From the human T2T-CHM13v2.0 reference genome, Homo sapiens: 64,000 nt of DNA. Each line of letters starts with the position of its first letter. Within the stretch, counting starts at the first letter, position 1. The stretch is from NCBI RefSeq assembly GCF_009914755.1, contig NC_060932.1, one strand, 5' to 3'. Position numbers and translations under genes: made by a program. Shown one piece after another: positions 1 through 13,868 of the stretch. The notes beneath the pieces were generated by a model. The model ran no database searches and was not told the DNA's origin. It was given only the letters and a program-made list of their open reading frames with translations.

Positions 1-520
1 GAAATTTCAGCTATTCCAGATAAACATTGTATATCTTGTAAATTAATGTTTAAAGGTAGTTTTGTTCTTACAGAAAGTGTTGATTGCCAGGTTGCTTATA
101 GCACTTTAAGTTATTCTAAAAATGAAATTATAAGCCAAATATTTGGCTTAAGTAGATTTAGTTGTATAGCACTTACATATTTAGTTCTTTTGAAAGTTTA
201 GATAATTATTTAAAGAAAGCATAATGCTAATGGAAAAGAAAATCTGATGTTCTATTATAATATGCTATTGCTGAATATGAATAGAAATACAGGGCATCAT
301 TTCCTTGTCTCATTATAAGTTAGTAACAATATATAGATTAAATGTTTACAATATAGGGAATTGTAAATAAATATATCAGTTTTTTTCCCCTTCGGTCTTC
401 CACAGCAGTATTATTGTCTTTGTGGAGTTGACTAATGATAATTTAAAAATCCTGTAATGGATTTCTACTAAAATAAGGTCATAGTGGCATATACCAAATA
501 AAATCAAATACAGAAATACA
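1..520 (+). other. OXR1: Terminal part of a plus-strand 3'UTR, probably OXR1; polyA signals at 366-371 and 497-502
   Basis: AT-rich and repeat-free, with AATAAA at 366 and 497 followed by GT/T-rich sequence. Gene identity is inferred only from the recalled tail-to-tail OXR1-ABRA synteny; no coding sequence is present. Confidence 0.6.
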
Positions 521-1329
521 AATGAGTTTGGATTTATTGAATACTCATTTTCTTAACAAGTCTTTGATTAAGCCTACTACTATCTTTTTTTTTTTAATGC
601 TTCTAATAGCTTACATTGTGGTGGTGGTGGTCATGGTGTTAGGAGTAATAGTGATAGGAGAATGCATTCAATTAGAGGGAGCATTACATTTTTTAAAATG
701 GAGATGGGAGAAGGCACTTGACACATGGGAAAGTGTAAGTTATTTGATATTTTTAAAGTACATTGTTTTCATTTTGGGTGGAGAATGCATAACAAGCTAA
801 GCCCCTTATCATAAACAGTTATGTGTGTGCAATGCCAAGAAATTTTGATATTTTGTATCCCGTAGGTTCAGTTAACATTTGAGAGGAGGAATGACATGAT
901 CAGGTGTATACTTTAGGAAAATATCTGTGAAAAATAGATGAGTAGAAGGAACAACTAGAGACAAGGGGAAAACAAGCCTTTTATAAAGTCCAGAAAAAAA
1001 ATGATTAGGCCCGAATAAGAACAGTGGTAATGGTAATAAGGAAGCATGGATTTGGAAAGGATTTATGAGTTAGGATGAACAGGAGTTGATTATTGATTGG
1101 ATGTCAGAAAAAGTTAAAGATAGCTCCCAGGATTTTGATTTAAGAGTTTAGTTGTATTATTTATCAAGATGGGCAAGGTACATAGAGGAAAAACAAAAAA
1201 AAGCAGGTGGCAAAATGAAGTTAGTCGTGGACTTTATGAGAGTATGATGTGAGAAACAGGAGAATAAACTTTTTGGGAGTAGGACATTTTATATACTATT
1301 CTGAAAGATGAACTTTAAAAGTCAACAAA

Positions 1330-2340
<1,011 letters not shown>

Positions 2341-2361
2341 CCAATAAGAGTGAAAGCTGTT

Positions 2362-3009
2362 GTTTTCTCCAACTTTTATTTTTGGTTTGAGGGTACATGT
2401 GAAGGTTGGTTTCATAGGTAGACACGTGTCACAGGGGTTTGTTGTACATACTATTTCATCACCCAGGTATTAAGCTTAGTACCCAACAGTTACCTTTTCT
2501 GTTACTTGCCATCCTCCCACACCCCCACTCCAGTAGACCATTTTGTCTGTTGTTTCCCTCCATGTGTTCATAAGTTCTCATCATTTGGCTCCTACTTATA
2601 AGTGAGAACATGTAGTATTTGGTTTTCTGTTCCTGCATTAGTATGCTAAGGGTAATAGCCTCCAGCTTTATCCGTGTTCCTGCAAAAGACATGATCTCAT
2701 TCTTTTTATGGCTGCTTAGTATTCCATGGTATATATGTACCACATCTTCTTTATCCAGTCTGTCATTGATGAACATTTAGGTTGATTCCATGTCTTCGCT
2801 GTTGTGGATAGCGCTGCAGTGAACGTTCATATGCATGTGTCCTTATGGTAGAAAGATTTATATTTCTCTGGGTATATACCCAGTAATGGGATTGCTATGT
2901 TGAGTAGTAGTTCTGCTTTTAGGTCTTTGAAGAATCACCCCGGCTTCCTTACACCATACACAAAGAGCAGCTCAAGATGGATTAAAGACTTAAATGTAAA
3001 ACCCAAAAC
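2362..3009 (-). mobile_element. 5'-truncated, 5'-inverted L1PA/PB insertion
   Basis: L1 3' end on minus strand 2362-~2938, then a plus-strand ORF2 piece ~2940-3009; TSD TGAAAGCTGTT at 2351-2361 and 3010-3020. Confidence 0.85.
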
Positions 3010-3809
3010 TGAAAGCTGTTTTAAAAGGGAATGTAGAGTGGAACAACCTTGGAAAATGTTTCTGGCAGTATCCACTAAAGCTAAGTATACACATGACTTT
3101 GACCAGCAAATTTAATTCAGTGATATGTACTGAACAGTAATATGTATATGTGTTTACCAAGAGATGTGCTGGAATGTTTACAGAACTATTTGCTTGCTCT
3201 CTTCACTTCCCATCCTCTCTCCTCCTGTACACATACCCACACACCCTACTTATTAATTTACTGCATCTCATTGTTTCACTTTACCTATAAAGATGTGTAT
3301 GCATTTCCTAAGAACAGAGATGTCCTCCTAAATAGCCAAAGTACAATGATCAGATTCAGGGAATTTAACATTAATACAATAATATGGTCTAATATGTAAT
3401 TCATTTCAAATTTCTCCAGTGACCCTAATAATATCCTTTCAAGCATTATTTTTCCTGGTTCATGATCCAAAGATCCTGCATTGCATTCAATTGTTCTGCC
3501 CTTTTTTTTTTTAATCTCTTTTAACCTGGAAGAGCTCATTATTCATTGCTTCATGACAGTTAGTTGTGTGTTTGAAAAATTTCAGGATTGTAGAATGTGC
3601 TTTGATGTGGATTTGTCTGAATTTTTCCTTATGCTTAAATTTTGGTTATGCATTTTTCATAGGAAAACCAAAGAAGTGTTGTCCTCTGCATCAAATCAGG
3701 GTGCACATAATGTATGTTTATCCCTTTATTGGTGATATTAGCTTTGATTATTTGATTAGATAGTGTCTACCATGTTTCTCTCCTGCTATCAGTTTTCCTT
3801 GTGTAATAA

Positions 3810-4279
<470 letters not shown>

Positions 4280-4956
4280 GAATTCTCTTTTTTCTAATTC
4301 AAAAGGTTACGTAATCAATTTCTATCCTAGACTTAACCAGTCAGAACCCCATCGGTCTTATTTCTATGAGTTTTTCAATTTTCTTGAGCATTTGCTTACT
4401 CCTCGTTTAACAAAAATGTTTTAGATTTATTTGTACTTTCTGTAACCCAATCCTAGAATCAGCCATTTCTGAAAGGACCCATATTTCCTTTGCAGGAGAA
4501 TATTATTTAGAATCAGGGGCACTTGTTGCTACTAGGGTGGTATCACTTTAGGGCCTTTCAGGAGACATCTAAATACAGCATAAATTCACACCAATACCAC
4601 TCCTTGCAATCTCACATCACAGAGTTCTTGCTTGTCTTCCCTCATTCCATGTTTGTCTCTTCCCCCACAGTCAGGACATCAGTGTATTTACTTGTTTGCT
4701 TCATTTTATGATACAGACCTTAGAATTTCAGAATTGCCAAACCCATGCCCTCCCAAACACCAAAATTAAGTAGAATTTGACATTTCTTTGTAGTTCTTTT
4801 ATGTCTTTAGACTGAAAGTATTTATTCAAAAAGTATTGTATTCAAAAGTTGGGTACATTTCTTTTTTCTTCCTGTGTAGTTATTTTAATAAGATAAAATA
4901 GAATTCAGTTTATTTGCTTTGTGTCCAATTTTAGTTTTTCTCCTACTTCTATTTGA

Positions 4957-5309
<353 letters not shown>

Positions 5310-6285
5310 CTCTATTTCACTTCTTAAAAGATATTCCTTTTCTTTCATGGCTGCATCTATTTTGTGCATATGCCATACTTGATTTGACCATTTCCTATAT
5401 GTTTTAGGTTGTTTATAGTATTTTAAGTTAAAAACAAGGCACAACACATTATGCATATGTATTTTCACATTGCTTGAGTTGTATCTTCTATAGAAATTTT
5501 AGGAGTGGGATTTGTTGGTCAAAAAGTAAATACAATGTAATTTTGTTAGATACTGCATGCCCCCCAAATCTGGGCACATAGTATTATTAGATAATCCTTA
5601 TGGGAATGATAGCTGGTGGATGGACCACAAAACCTCTAGGCTGAGAGGTTAGGTCATAGAGCACATTTTTAAATTAAGTAACAGAAATTGACTGTGTACT
5701 TCTTATACTAAAAATATAGGTACTGGGAATGAAATTAAAATATTCTAGGAATCCTGGGGGACATCTACATTAAGGGGTCACTTCAGTATGGACTCCATGG
5801 TCTCCTGCTCCTCTTATATACCCATTACTTATATACCCATTACTGTTCAGTAATGTAATAGAGAAGTTCCCACTGACAAAATTCTAGTTTACACAGAATT
5901 GTTTCTATATCATGTGAGAAACAGCACTGGGTATTCTTACGTTTTATCAGTTAGTAGTGATTAGAAAAAGAAGGAAGTAGAGCTTGGGAAGGGAAAGGAA
6001 AAAGCAGAAGGCAAACCAAGAATAGATGCAGCCTCATCTTGCAACACTGTGGGAAGAAGAAAGCCCACGCTCAGAACCTCCCTCCTTGTGATGTAAGTCG
6101 GCAGAGTGATGAGGTGAACTTACACAACTTTAAGTTATGAGATAGAAGGGGTAATAAAGTACAGCACAGAAACCCTCCGAACATCTGATTGAAAGTTTGG
6201 AAAAGGAAAATCCTGAAGATTGGGAAATTAGTTGTATATTGCCTGTTATTGGGAATTTAGAATTATCAGTAATAAAATAACATGA

Positions 6286-6625
<340 letters not shown>

Positions 6626-7309
6626 CAAAATATGAGGACTTTCATTACCTTGTTTGCCACCTGAGTTCTTTTATTTTTTGTTTTAATTTTTTGTCAAAAT
6701 ATCTTAAGTTTTTCCAACTATGGATATTCCTATCATGGAGTTTGTAGGATAATAATATTTTGTTTGAGGAGATATTTTTGGATCCCAATTCAGGAAACAT
6801 TAAGATGACAAATGGCCTTAAAAATAAATAAAATATTTATCAGAAGAATAATACACAATAAAGAAAAAAGTCTACAAACCACAAGCTAGTATCACAAGAC
6901 ACCTCTTACGATGATATCTGTCTCACAAGGTGCTTGGGAAGATGTGCCTATCACACAGCAGGCGTTTTTATCTAAGGAAAGTAGCTTTCTCACTTTACAG
7001 CCAGGCCTTATTCAGAAGAGTGTCAATGTCTTAGAAGCTGTCTGAGAAGAGGCCTTTTACTCCATCCTTACACTCAAACAAATTGAACTTTGAATAATCT
7101 ATGTCAGTGCCTGCATAACTTAATATTATTCAGAATTGAATATGAGGAGACTCTTGAAACCTTCATCTATTAATACATATTCTACTGATACTATAAGTAA
7201 CCTAAGTTGCACACTATAATTTTATTGTATTTCAAACAGAAGAAAGTGTATGTGGAATATAACCTATAAATACTATAAAAACAAGAACAGAAAATACAAG
7301 AAAACATCT

Positions 7310-7315
7310 TTTATT
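7310..7315 (-). terminator. ABRA: ABRA polyadenylation signal AATAAA (cleavage about 7285-7295)
   Basis: TTTATT on + strand, followed on the minus strand by a GU/U-rich tract (TTTTCTTGTATTTTCTGTTCTTGT); an alternative hexamer lies at 7221-7226. Confidence 0.65.
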
Positions 7316-8460
7316 CTTATGCTATTTGTCTTTAACATTTGGCGTAGGTTTCACTTGTAATAGAAGTGTGCATCTTACATGAAATCCTACTTAGAAATAT
7401 TGGTCATTAACTTATAGCTTTATAAATACGGTATGGAAACAAAATACGCATACTTTCTTAAGATACCAGAACCTTCAGTTTGAAAGAGACTCATACATGA
7501 AAACAAATATAATTCTTATAGCAGTCTAATACCTATTATTTTGAGGTATCATATTTAGACATTAATTTTTACATTTAACACCAAAGTGCTATACTATCAA
7601 TGCATTTTAGTAATTTCATTGAATCCAGTAAGAATTGCAATCTCACATTCCATTCCATTTGTTTTTAAGATCACATAGGCACATTAATGTCCAATGATTT
7701 TCTCCTTGCCATCATCATTGTATATTTTTTACTTTGGCAGAACTAATATTGCAGTTTTATGACTTAAACATTTCATAAAGTTTTCTTTGTTACAGTATGA
7801 GGAACATTAAACTGTCTCAAATCTGTTTTTAATTCACCAATGATTCTATGGGATTTTTCTAATACTGAACATTCCACTTCATAGATTTTCTGTATTTCTC
7901 CATTGTTGGAGAAATACATATCATTGCATTGATGTTAATGCAAGCAGCTTGACTCGTTATATGCTGACATGTAATGAAACAATAAACTTCTCCAAGAAGT
8001 CCTACAAAGGCAAGTAAATCTGAATCTCTCACCTCTGCTCTACTTTTAGTGAGGGTGTGCCTTCCTTTGTTGGTACTAAGACAGGAAGTGTCTGTTTTTA
8101 TGTGATTTGCTGAAATCAAACAAGAGGAAGGTGAACTCTTACTGGAAACCTGTTAGAATCCAAGCCCACAGAGGAACTTCAACAATTTCAGCAACATCTT
8201 GACAACTTTTTATATATGTGCTTGTTTTGTAAGTGATGCTATGATATAAACAATAATACAAAGTCAAGCTTCTGAAAAAATTTTAAGTTTAGTTTTACCA
8301 AACTTAATGGTATTTTCTTTTTTCCAAATAAAGACACATTATTATATGTTCTACTGATATTTATCTCAAGTCAGCATTCTTCTTAGATGTAATGTTTAAT
8401 TAAAAATCTATAGTAGTTTCTACAATGACTAGCTAAATATTTTGCCTAAAATATACAAGT

Positions 8461-8595
8461 GGCTGGGTGCTGTTGCTCATGCCTATAATCCCAGCTACTT
8501 GGGAGGCTGAGGTGAGAGGATCACTTGAGGCCAGGAGTTAAAAGACCAGCTTTGGTGACATAAAGAGAATCTGTCTCAAAACAAAAACAAAAACA
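8461..8595 (+). mobile_element. Alu monomer (FLAM/FAM-like), antisense within the ABRA 3'UTR
   Basis: GGCTGGGTGC...GGATCACTTGAGGCCAGGAGTT...GTCTC followed by a CAAAAA-type tail; single arm only. Confidence 0.85.
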
Positions 8596-8848
8596 CCCTG
8601 TGGAATTTCAACTATTAATACTATTATTATACATTAACATTCTATGTGCTTTCTGAAATGCTTTGTGCCTTCTCAAAATCTCCAAAATTCCTCATTCTAG
8701 ATAGAAATAGAATGCCAGAAAGTCGTTTATGTAAAAATTGTTTAATATTTACTAACTTATTACAGAGAGTTTGCATTTTCATTTTACCTACATGAGCATT
8801 TAGCATTAAGACCATAGTGGGCCAAATTTGGCTTTTGTTTTTGAAGGT

Positions 8849-9326
8849 TCACTTGAGTAGCGTAATCACAACATGGTCATCTCGGCCTTGCCATAGCATC
8901 TCTCCTTCAAAGTCTACCAGTCCATGTTTCCTGGCACGCATGAGAATGCCCACTACTTTATCTGAAATACGAACGTATCTGTCAAAGAGATCTCCAAAAG
9001 TAACCTGGATCTTGCCATCTCGTCTGTGGCGAGCCATTGTGCAGATAATGAAGCACATGTCCATCATTTCCCTGTAGATGTGCTCCTCAGCACGCTTGGC
9101 CCTTTCAGCAGTTTTGGTTCCTTCTTTGGGGCGGCCATAGCCCTCATCTCCTTTGTGTAGGCGGGTGGACATGGCCAGCTCGTAATCAAACTCTTCACTG
9201 AAAGGATTGAGCTTCTGGGATTGTATGTGTTCATCAGCCCACTGCTGCCATCTCCCTTTCAAGTTGCCCACTGGGCTATATTTCTGTTGGGCTTTGCAGT
9301 TGAGTTTCTCTGTAAATCTGTTTACC
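8849..9326 (-). CDS. ABRA: ABRA/STARS exon 2 coding part, including the C-terminal Costars actin-binding domain
   Basis: Acceptor TCTCTCTACTTTAG|G at 9327/9326; translates VNRFTEKLNCK...VTFGDLFD...GILMRARKHGLVDFEGEMLWQGRDDHVVITLLK*; 478 nt. Confidence 0.97.
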
Positions 9327-9892
9327 CTAAAGTAGAGAGAGGGTGAACAATCAAGATTCAGATATGTTAACACCGAGTGTTGTTTTCCCTTTGTACTTCC
9401 CACACATATGCATCTTTAATGTAAGTATAATTTTTTCACTACAAAAATAAACACAATATAAAAAATTAGAAATGAAAGAAGAAAAATCATACATAGTCCC
9501 ACCGTTGTTCTTAGTTTGGTGCATATCCTTCTAGATTGTTTTCTCTATGAATAACGATTTTAAGCATTATAATGATATTAAAATCTATTTTAAGAAAAAA
9601 GCTTCCCCACACAAAGTTAATGCAAATGTGTATATCTTTAAGTTGAGTATTGGTAACATTTTAGAACTGAAATCATGTAGGTGTTTTCAGGAATCTAGTT
9701 CTTAGAGGACCTCTGAAACCAATTATTTCCCAAAGGTAAGGACTCTACCACTACACATGCAGTTTAATATTTAATCATATATAGATTTTTATATGTGGAT
9801 TTTTCAGTGAGAGCATATATAGACTAGTATCAATGATGCCACAAACTTCGAAATATGAAGTTGTACAGATAGAAAACACTAGCTAGCAATAG

Positions 9893-10110
9893 TAACATTT
9901 ACTGAACACTATGTACTGGCATTCTTCTAAATGCTTTATTAATATTCCCCACAACCATTTCCTGAAATAGGTACTACTATTCCTACTTCACAAATGAGGA
10001 AACTGAGGCCAGAGAGATGAAGTAACTTCTTAAAGTCACAAAACTGTTAAGTGGTAGAACTAGACTTTGAACCAAAGTTAAGCTGGCTCCAGAGCCTGTC
10101 TATAACTGTG
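9893..10110 (-). mobile_element. MIR SINE
   Basis: Core ACAAATGAGGAAACTGAGGCCAGAGAGATGAAGTAACTT. Confidence 0.8.
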
Positions 10111-10356
10111 AAATACTGCCCTAAATAGGTGACGTTGCAGGATTCAAACGCAAGACTGCCTTAGACCAAGGTCAATGCTCTTTCTACTATGTAGTGATGC
10201 CACTCAGCAGGCCCATACAGTGTCTAATAAAGGAATAAGTTGCGTTTTAAATGTGTATATCTTTGGAATTCAGAATGCATTTTCTATTAAAAAACCAACT
10301 CTGGAAAGTGTAGACTAGTAGTATCGTGAGGATGCCAGCCTAATATTAGGATGGGG

Positions 10357-10636
10357 CAGCAAACTAACACAGGAACAGAAAACCAAACACCACATGTTCT
10401 CACCTGTAAGTGGGAGCTGATCTATGAGAACACATGGACACAGGGAGGGGAACAGCACACACCGGGGCCTGTTGGGGGTCAGGGGGAGGGAGAGCATCAG
10501 GATAAATAGCTAATGCATGTGGGGCTTAATACCTAGGTGACAGGTTGATAGGTGCAGCAAGCCACCATGGCACACATTTTTCTATGCAACAAACTTGCAC
10601 ATCCTATCCTGCACGTGTATCCCAGAACTCAAAAAG
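10357..10636 (+). mobile_element. L1PA (older primate) 3'-end fragment
   Basis: CAGCAAACTAACACAGGAACAGAAAACCAAACACCACATGTTCTCA...GCACGTGTATCCCAGAACT. Confidence 0.9.
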
Positions 10637-11043
10637 ACATCCCTGCCATTTCTCTGTCTCCAATTGCCTAGACTTTTTCCCTAGGTCTCTAACTTAACAG
10701 TTAAAACACGAACTCTTGAACTATCTAAAAGAGAGTTGTACTCCTAACCATCACAAGCGTCCCACCCTCCCTTTTTCTCCCCAGTAACAAGTGGCCTCAT
10801 GCCTGGAAGCATTGGGATTGCAGATGTTCAAGTGGTGCTGAAAGTACTTGTGTGAATGGCATGCCTGAGCTATCCCAGCTCTCACAATTTACTATTCAAA
10901 ACCCAGGAACCAATCAGATTTGGGTATCCCTCACCATCCAAACTCACTTCCCGAAATCTGGTTACCCAAAGGCTGGAACCAAACACGTGGACCGGGAGGA
11001 ATACATACTTACATTAACATTGTTTTCAAAAAAGAAATGACAT

Positions 11044-11056
11044 CCACTAGATGGCG
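11044..11056 (+). promoter_or_regulatory. Candidate CTCF site in the ABRA intron
   Basis: CCACTAGATGGCG fits CCASYAGRKGGCR exactly, in unique sequence. Confidence 0.6.
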
Positions 11057-12183
11057 AACTTTCATCAATTCTTATGCTTGGTGTTTCCCAACGTCCTACG
11101 CTTGCTATATCGTTTCATAGCACAATAGAATTGGAATTGGAAATACTCCTACATGTAACACCACTATCCTTTATACACATGGATAACAGTGTATGACAAA
11201 GTTAATTAGTAAAAGAAAGCACACAAAAACCATATACACAATTATTACAACTTTATAAAATATATGTGTGAAAAAGTGCTAGGAGCTCACCAGGCTGAAG
11301 TGTAATGGATTTCCCTCAGCCCTCCTTGTCAGTTGATTCCCTGCCTCTCCATCGACTTTTCCTGTTCAGCTGCCCTCAGTGTGGGCTGCTCAATCTCATT
11401 ATCAAAAGAGAGCAAATACCTTGTCCCTTGTGAGCCATGCTAATCAATGACTGATCACCATGTTGATCAAAGGCATATTCTTCAATATCAAGCCCAAGGC
11501 CATCCTAGCAGAGCATAAATTTCATGCCAGACTTAACAGCTGAGGTGTCCTGCCAGAGAAGAGGCTTGAAGTATCTCAAATGAAAGTGAATGGTGTGATT
11601 TATTAACTCATACTTTGTCTCCTGAGCACCAACTGTAGTTCTGCCCTATTGTATAAATCCTAATGCATCCTGGCTTTAAACAGTTTTTGAGCATGTTTAC
11701 ATCCCTCCCATGCTTTGAAGTATTTATTTGTGATACTTACTGTGTGCCAGGCACTTTTTAAGGTACTTATTGGATATTTTATAATGAAAATAAAGTAATA
11801 TAAATTTGGGTTTATGGTACAATCACAACTCTGTAAAATGTATAAGCACTAGGCTGAAGAATTTAATAACATTTGCACAATTGAAAGTAATTATGTCGGT
11901 ATCCAGATAGCAGTTGGTTCTTTTCACTTTTCAAAATTCTCTTATATGTTGGTATTATACTGATTTTGTAACAAAGAAAGCAAAAAATAGGTAAATACTC
12001 AAATTTGCATCCAGAGGTAATTTGTTTAAACTGTACGTTATATGGGTCTCCGATTCTTTGATGTAGCCTTTTTTTCTTCTAATTTTTAATTAGGAACTTA
12101 GTTTCCCTAAATGTTGAAACTTAGTGTCATTTGGGATAACAGTTGGGATTGGTGTGTGCCAATAAATCTGTGAAGAGCTTCTA

Positions 12184-12483
12184 GGCCAGGCACAGTGGCT
12201 CACGCCTGTAATCCCAGCACTTGGGGAGGGTGAAGTGGGCAGATCACTTGAGGCCAGGAGTTCGAGATTAGCCTGGCTATCATGGTGAAACCCCATCTCT
12301 ACTAAAAATACAAAATTAGCTGGCATAGTGGCGCATGCCTATGGTCCCAGCTACTCAGGAGGCTGAGGCAGGAGAATCTCTTGAATCTGTTAGGCAGAGA
12401 TTGCAGTGAGCCGAGATGGTGTAACTACACTGCACTCCAGGCTGGGTGACAGAGACTCTATTAAAAACAAACAAACAAAAAAG
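12184..12483 (+). mobile_element. AluS SINE
   Basis: Full dimer with CAAA tail; TSD AAGAGCTTCTA. Confidence 0.93.
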
Positions 12484-13020
12484 ACTGTAAAGAGCTTCTA
12501 AAAGAAACACCATTTAAATATTAATGTCTATTTGTTATATTGTCAAATTGTAATGCCCTCTAATTGGAGGGAAGAACACCAAAGAAAGTTGGTCCCATAA
12601 GGAAGAATTAGAAAATAGGGCTAGGAAAAAAAAGAAGGAAACTCATCCTAATGAGCATCTAATTTTCTCTATTTTATAAACATTCTGTATTGTTTTTATA
12701 TCTCCAATTTTTAAAAGGTCAAAGTGTATTTGGTTTAACTCAGGGTTAGAAAGTCTTATACACTGAATTTTTTTTTTGGTCGTAAGTACTATAAATGTAA
12801 GAATCGATACCAGATTATGCTGTTTTTAAAAATTTCAGGGAAAAATGTGAGTGACACTTTAGATTGAACTTTAGAAAGATAACCTAGCGTAAATTGAAAG
12901 AAAGCAAAGCGATATTTAAAGGCTAACATTTCACCCGCATTTTACAACAGCAGTCCTAAATCCAGACCCACCTTCTCAGTTTCTTCATTATTAGTAAAAA
13001 AACTTTCTTATAGTCAATCA

Positions 13021-13070
13021 AAAATATAAATTAGCCAGGCCTGGTGGCACGTGTCTATAGTCCCAGCTAC
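13021..13070 (+). mobile_element. Isolated 50-bp Alu fragment (linker plus start of right arm)
   Basis: AAAATATAAATTAGCCAGGCCTGGTGGCACGTGTCTATAGTCCCAGCTAC. Confidence 0.75.
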
Positions 13071-13734
13071 ACTGAAAACACTGGCACTGAAAACATTTCC
13101 TGGTGGTTGCCCTTCACTTGAATCACCAGCTTCAAAATGCATGGGACGCCTAAAGGCATGATTTTCTCTTCTGTCTCCGATCTGTATGGAGAAAGTGAAA
13201 ATGGGCTTTCACTGCCAACTCCATAGATCTTCCTGTAGAGGGAGTATTTCTCCTCCTCATGCAGGCACCCTCCTCTGTCAGGAAAGCAAAGAGTCTCTGC
13301 TACCCTTTCCAACTTCTAGGAGAAATGCTGCATTGGTTTGCTTGTCCTTCCCTACAGACAGTTTAGCCCATTTGATTACTGAGAGCGTGACATCAAGAGG
13401 GGCACATTTATCAGAAGCAGAGTGACAGCATTCAAAAGGCAATATGAACATTTCTGCTCAGCAGTTTTGCTGTCTGTCATTTTCAGCTTCGTTTGAGAGC
13501 CAGGCCTGTGATTCTCCTTGCAGATTGAACTGTCTTCAGAGTCTATTGAAAGTGTTCGCGGCCCTAGAATTGGGCACAGGCAGAAGGACAGCATAATTTT
13601 GCCTTTGTTTCTTGTGAGATCCTTCAATACATTTGCACCAAAACCCTGAACTTTGGGAGTCATTAGGATTTCACTAATTAAGCCCACATTTTGATCTCCA
13701 TTTTGGTCCTTAAGTCTGTTCTCTACTAAGAGGG

Positions 13735-13868
13735 ACAGTCTAGCATAGTGGTTAAGAACACAAGTGCTGGCATCAGCCTTCCCAACTTCATCCCTTCCTC
13801 GTTCTGTGACTTGGATTATATGTTTCTTAATGTCTCTGTGTGTCAGTTTCCCTATTTACAAAATGGCA
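13735..13868 (+). mobile_element. MIR SINE
   Basis: AGCATAGTGGTTAAGAACAC...TCTCTGTGTGTCAGTTTCCCTATTTACAAAATGG. Confidence 0.7.

Larger units (their letters stand above)
7290..8848 (-). other. ABRA: ABRA 3'UTR (about 1.55 kb)
   Basis: Lies between the TGA stop at 8851-8849 and the polyA signal at 7315-7310. Confidence 0.7.

Noticed and set aside
522-800. Hydrophobic 92-aa ORF
   Set aside because: Arises from T-runs and GTG repeats downstream of a polyA site; no coding evidence.
3723-3732. Perfect CArG CCTTTATTGG
   Set aside because: Isolated motif in old repeat-like AT-rich sequence; expected by chance.
7645-7876. ACATTCCA as miR-1/206 target sites in the ABRA 3'UTR
   Set aside because: They are on the + strand; the ABRA mRNA carries the complement, so they are not target sites.
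9327-9403. N-terminal part of the 184-aa ORF
   Set aside because: Intronic; it includes the polypyrimidine tract and AG acceptor.
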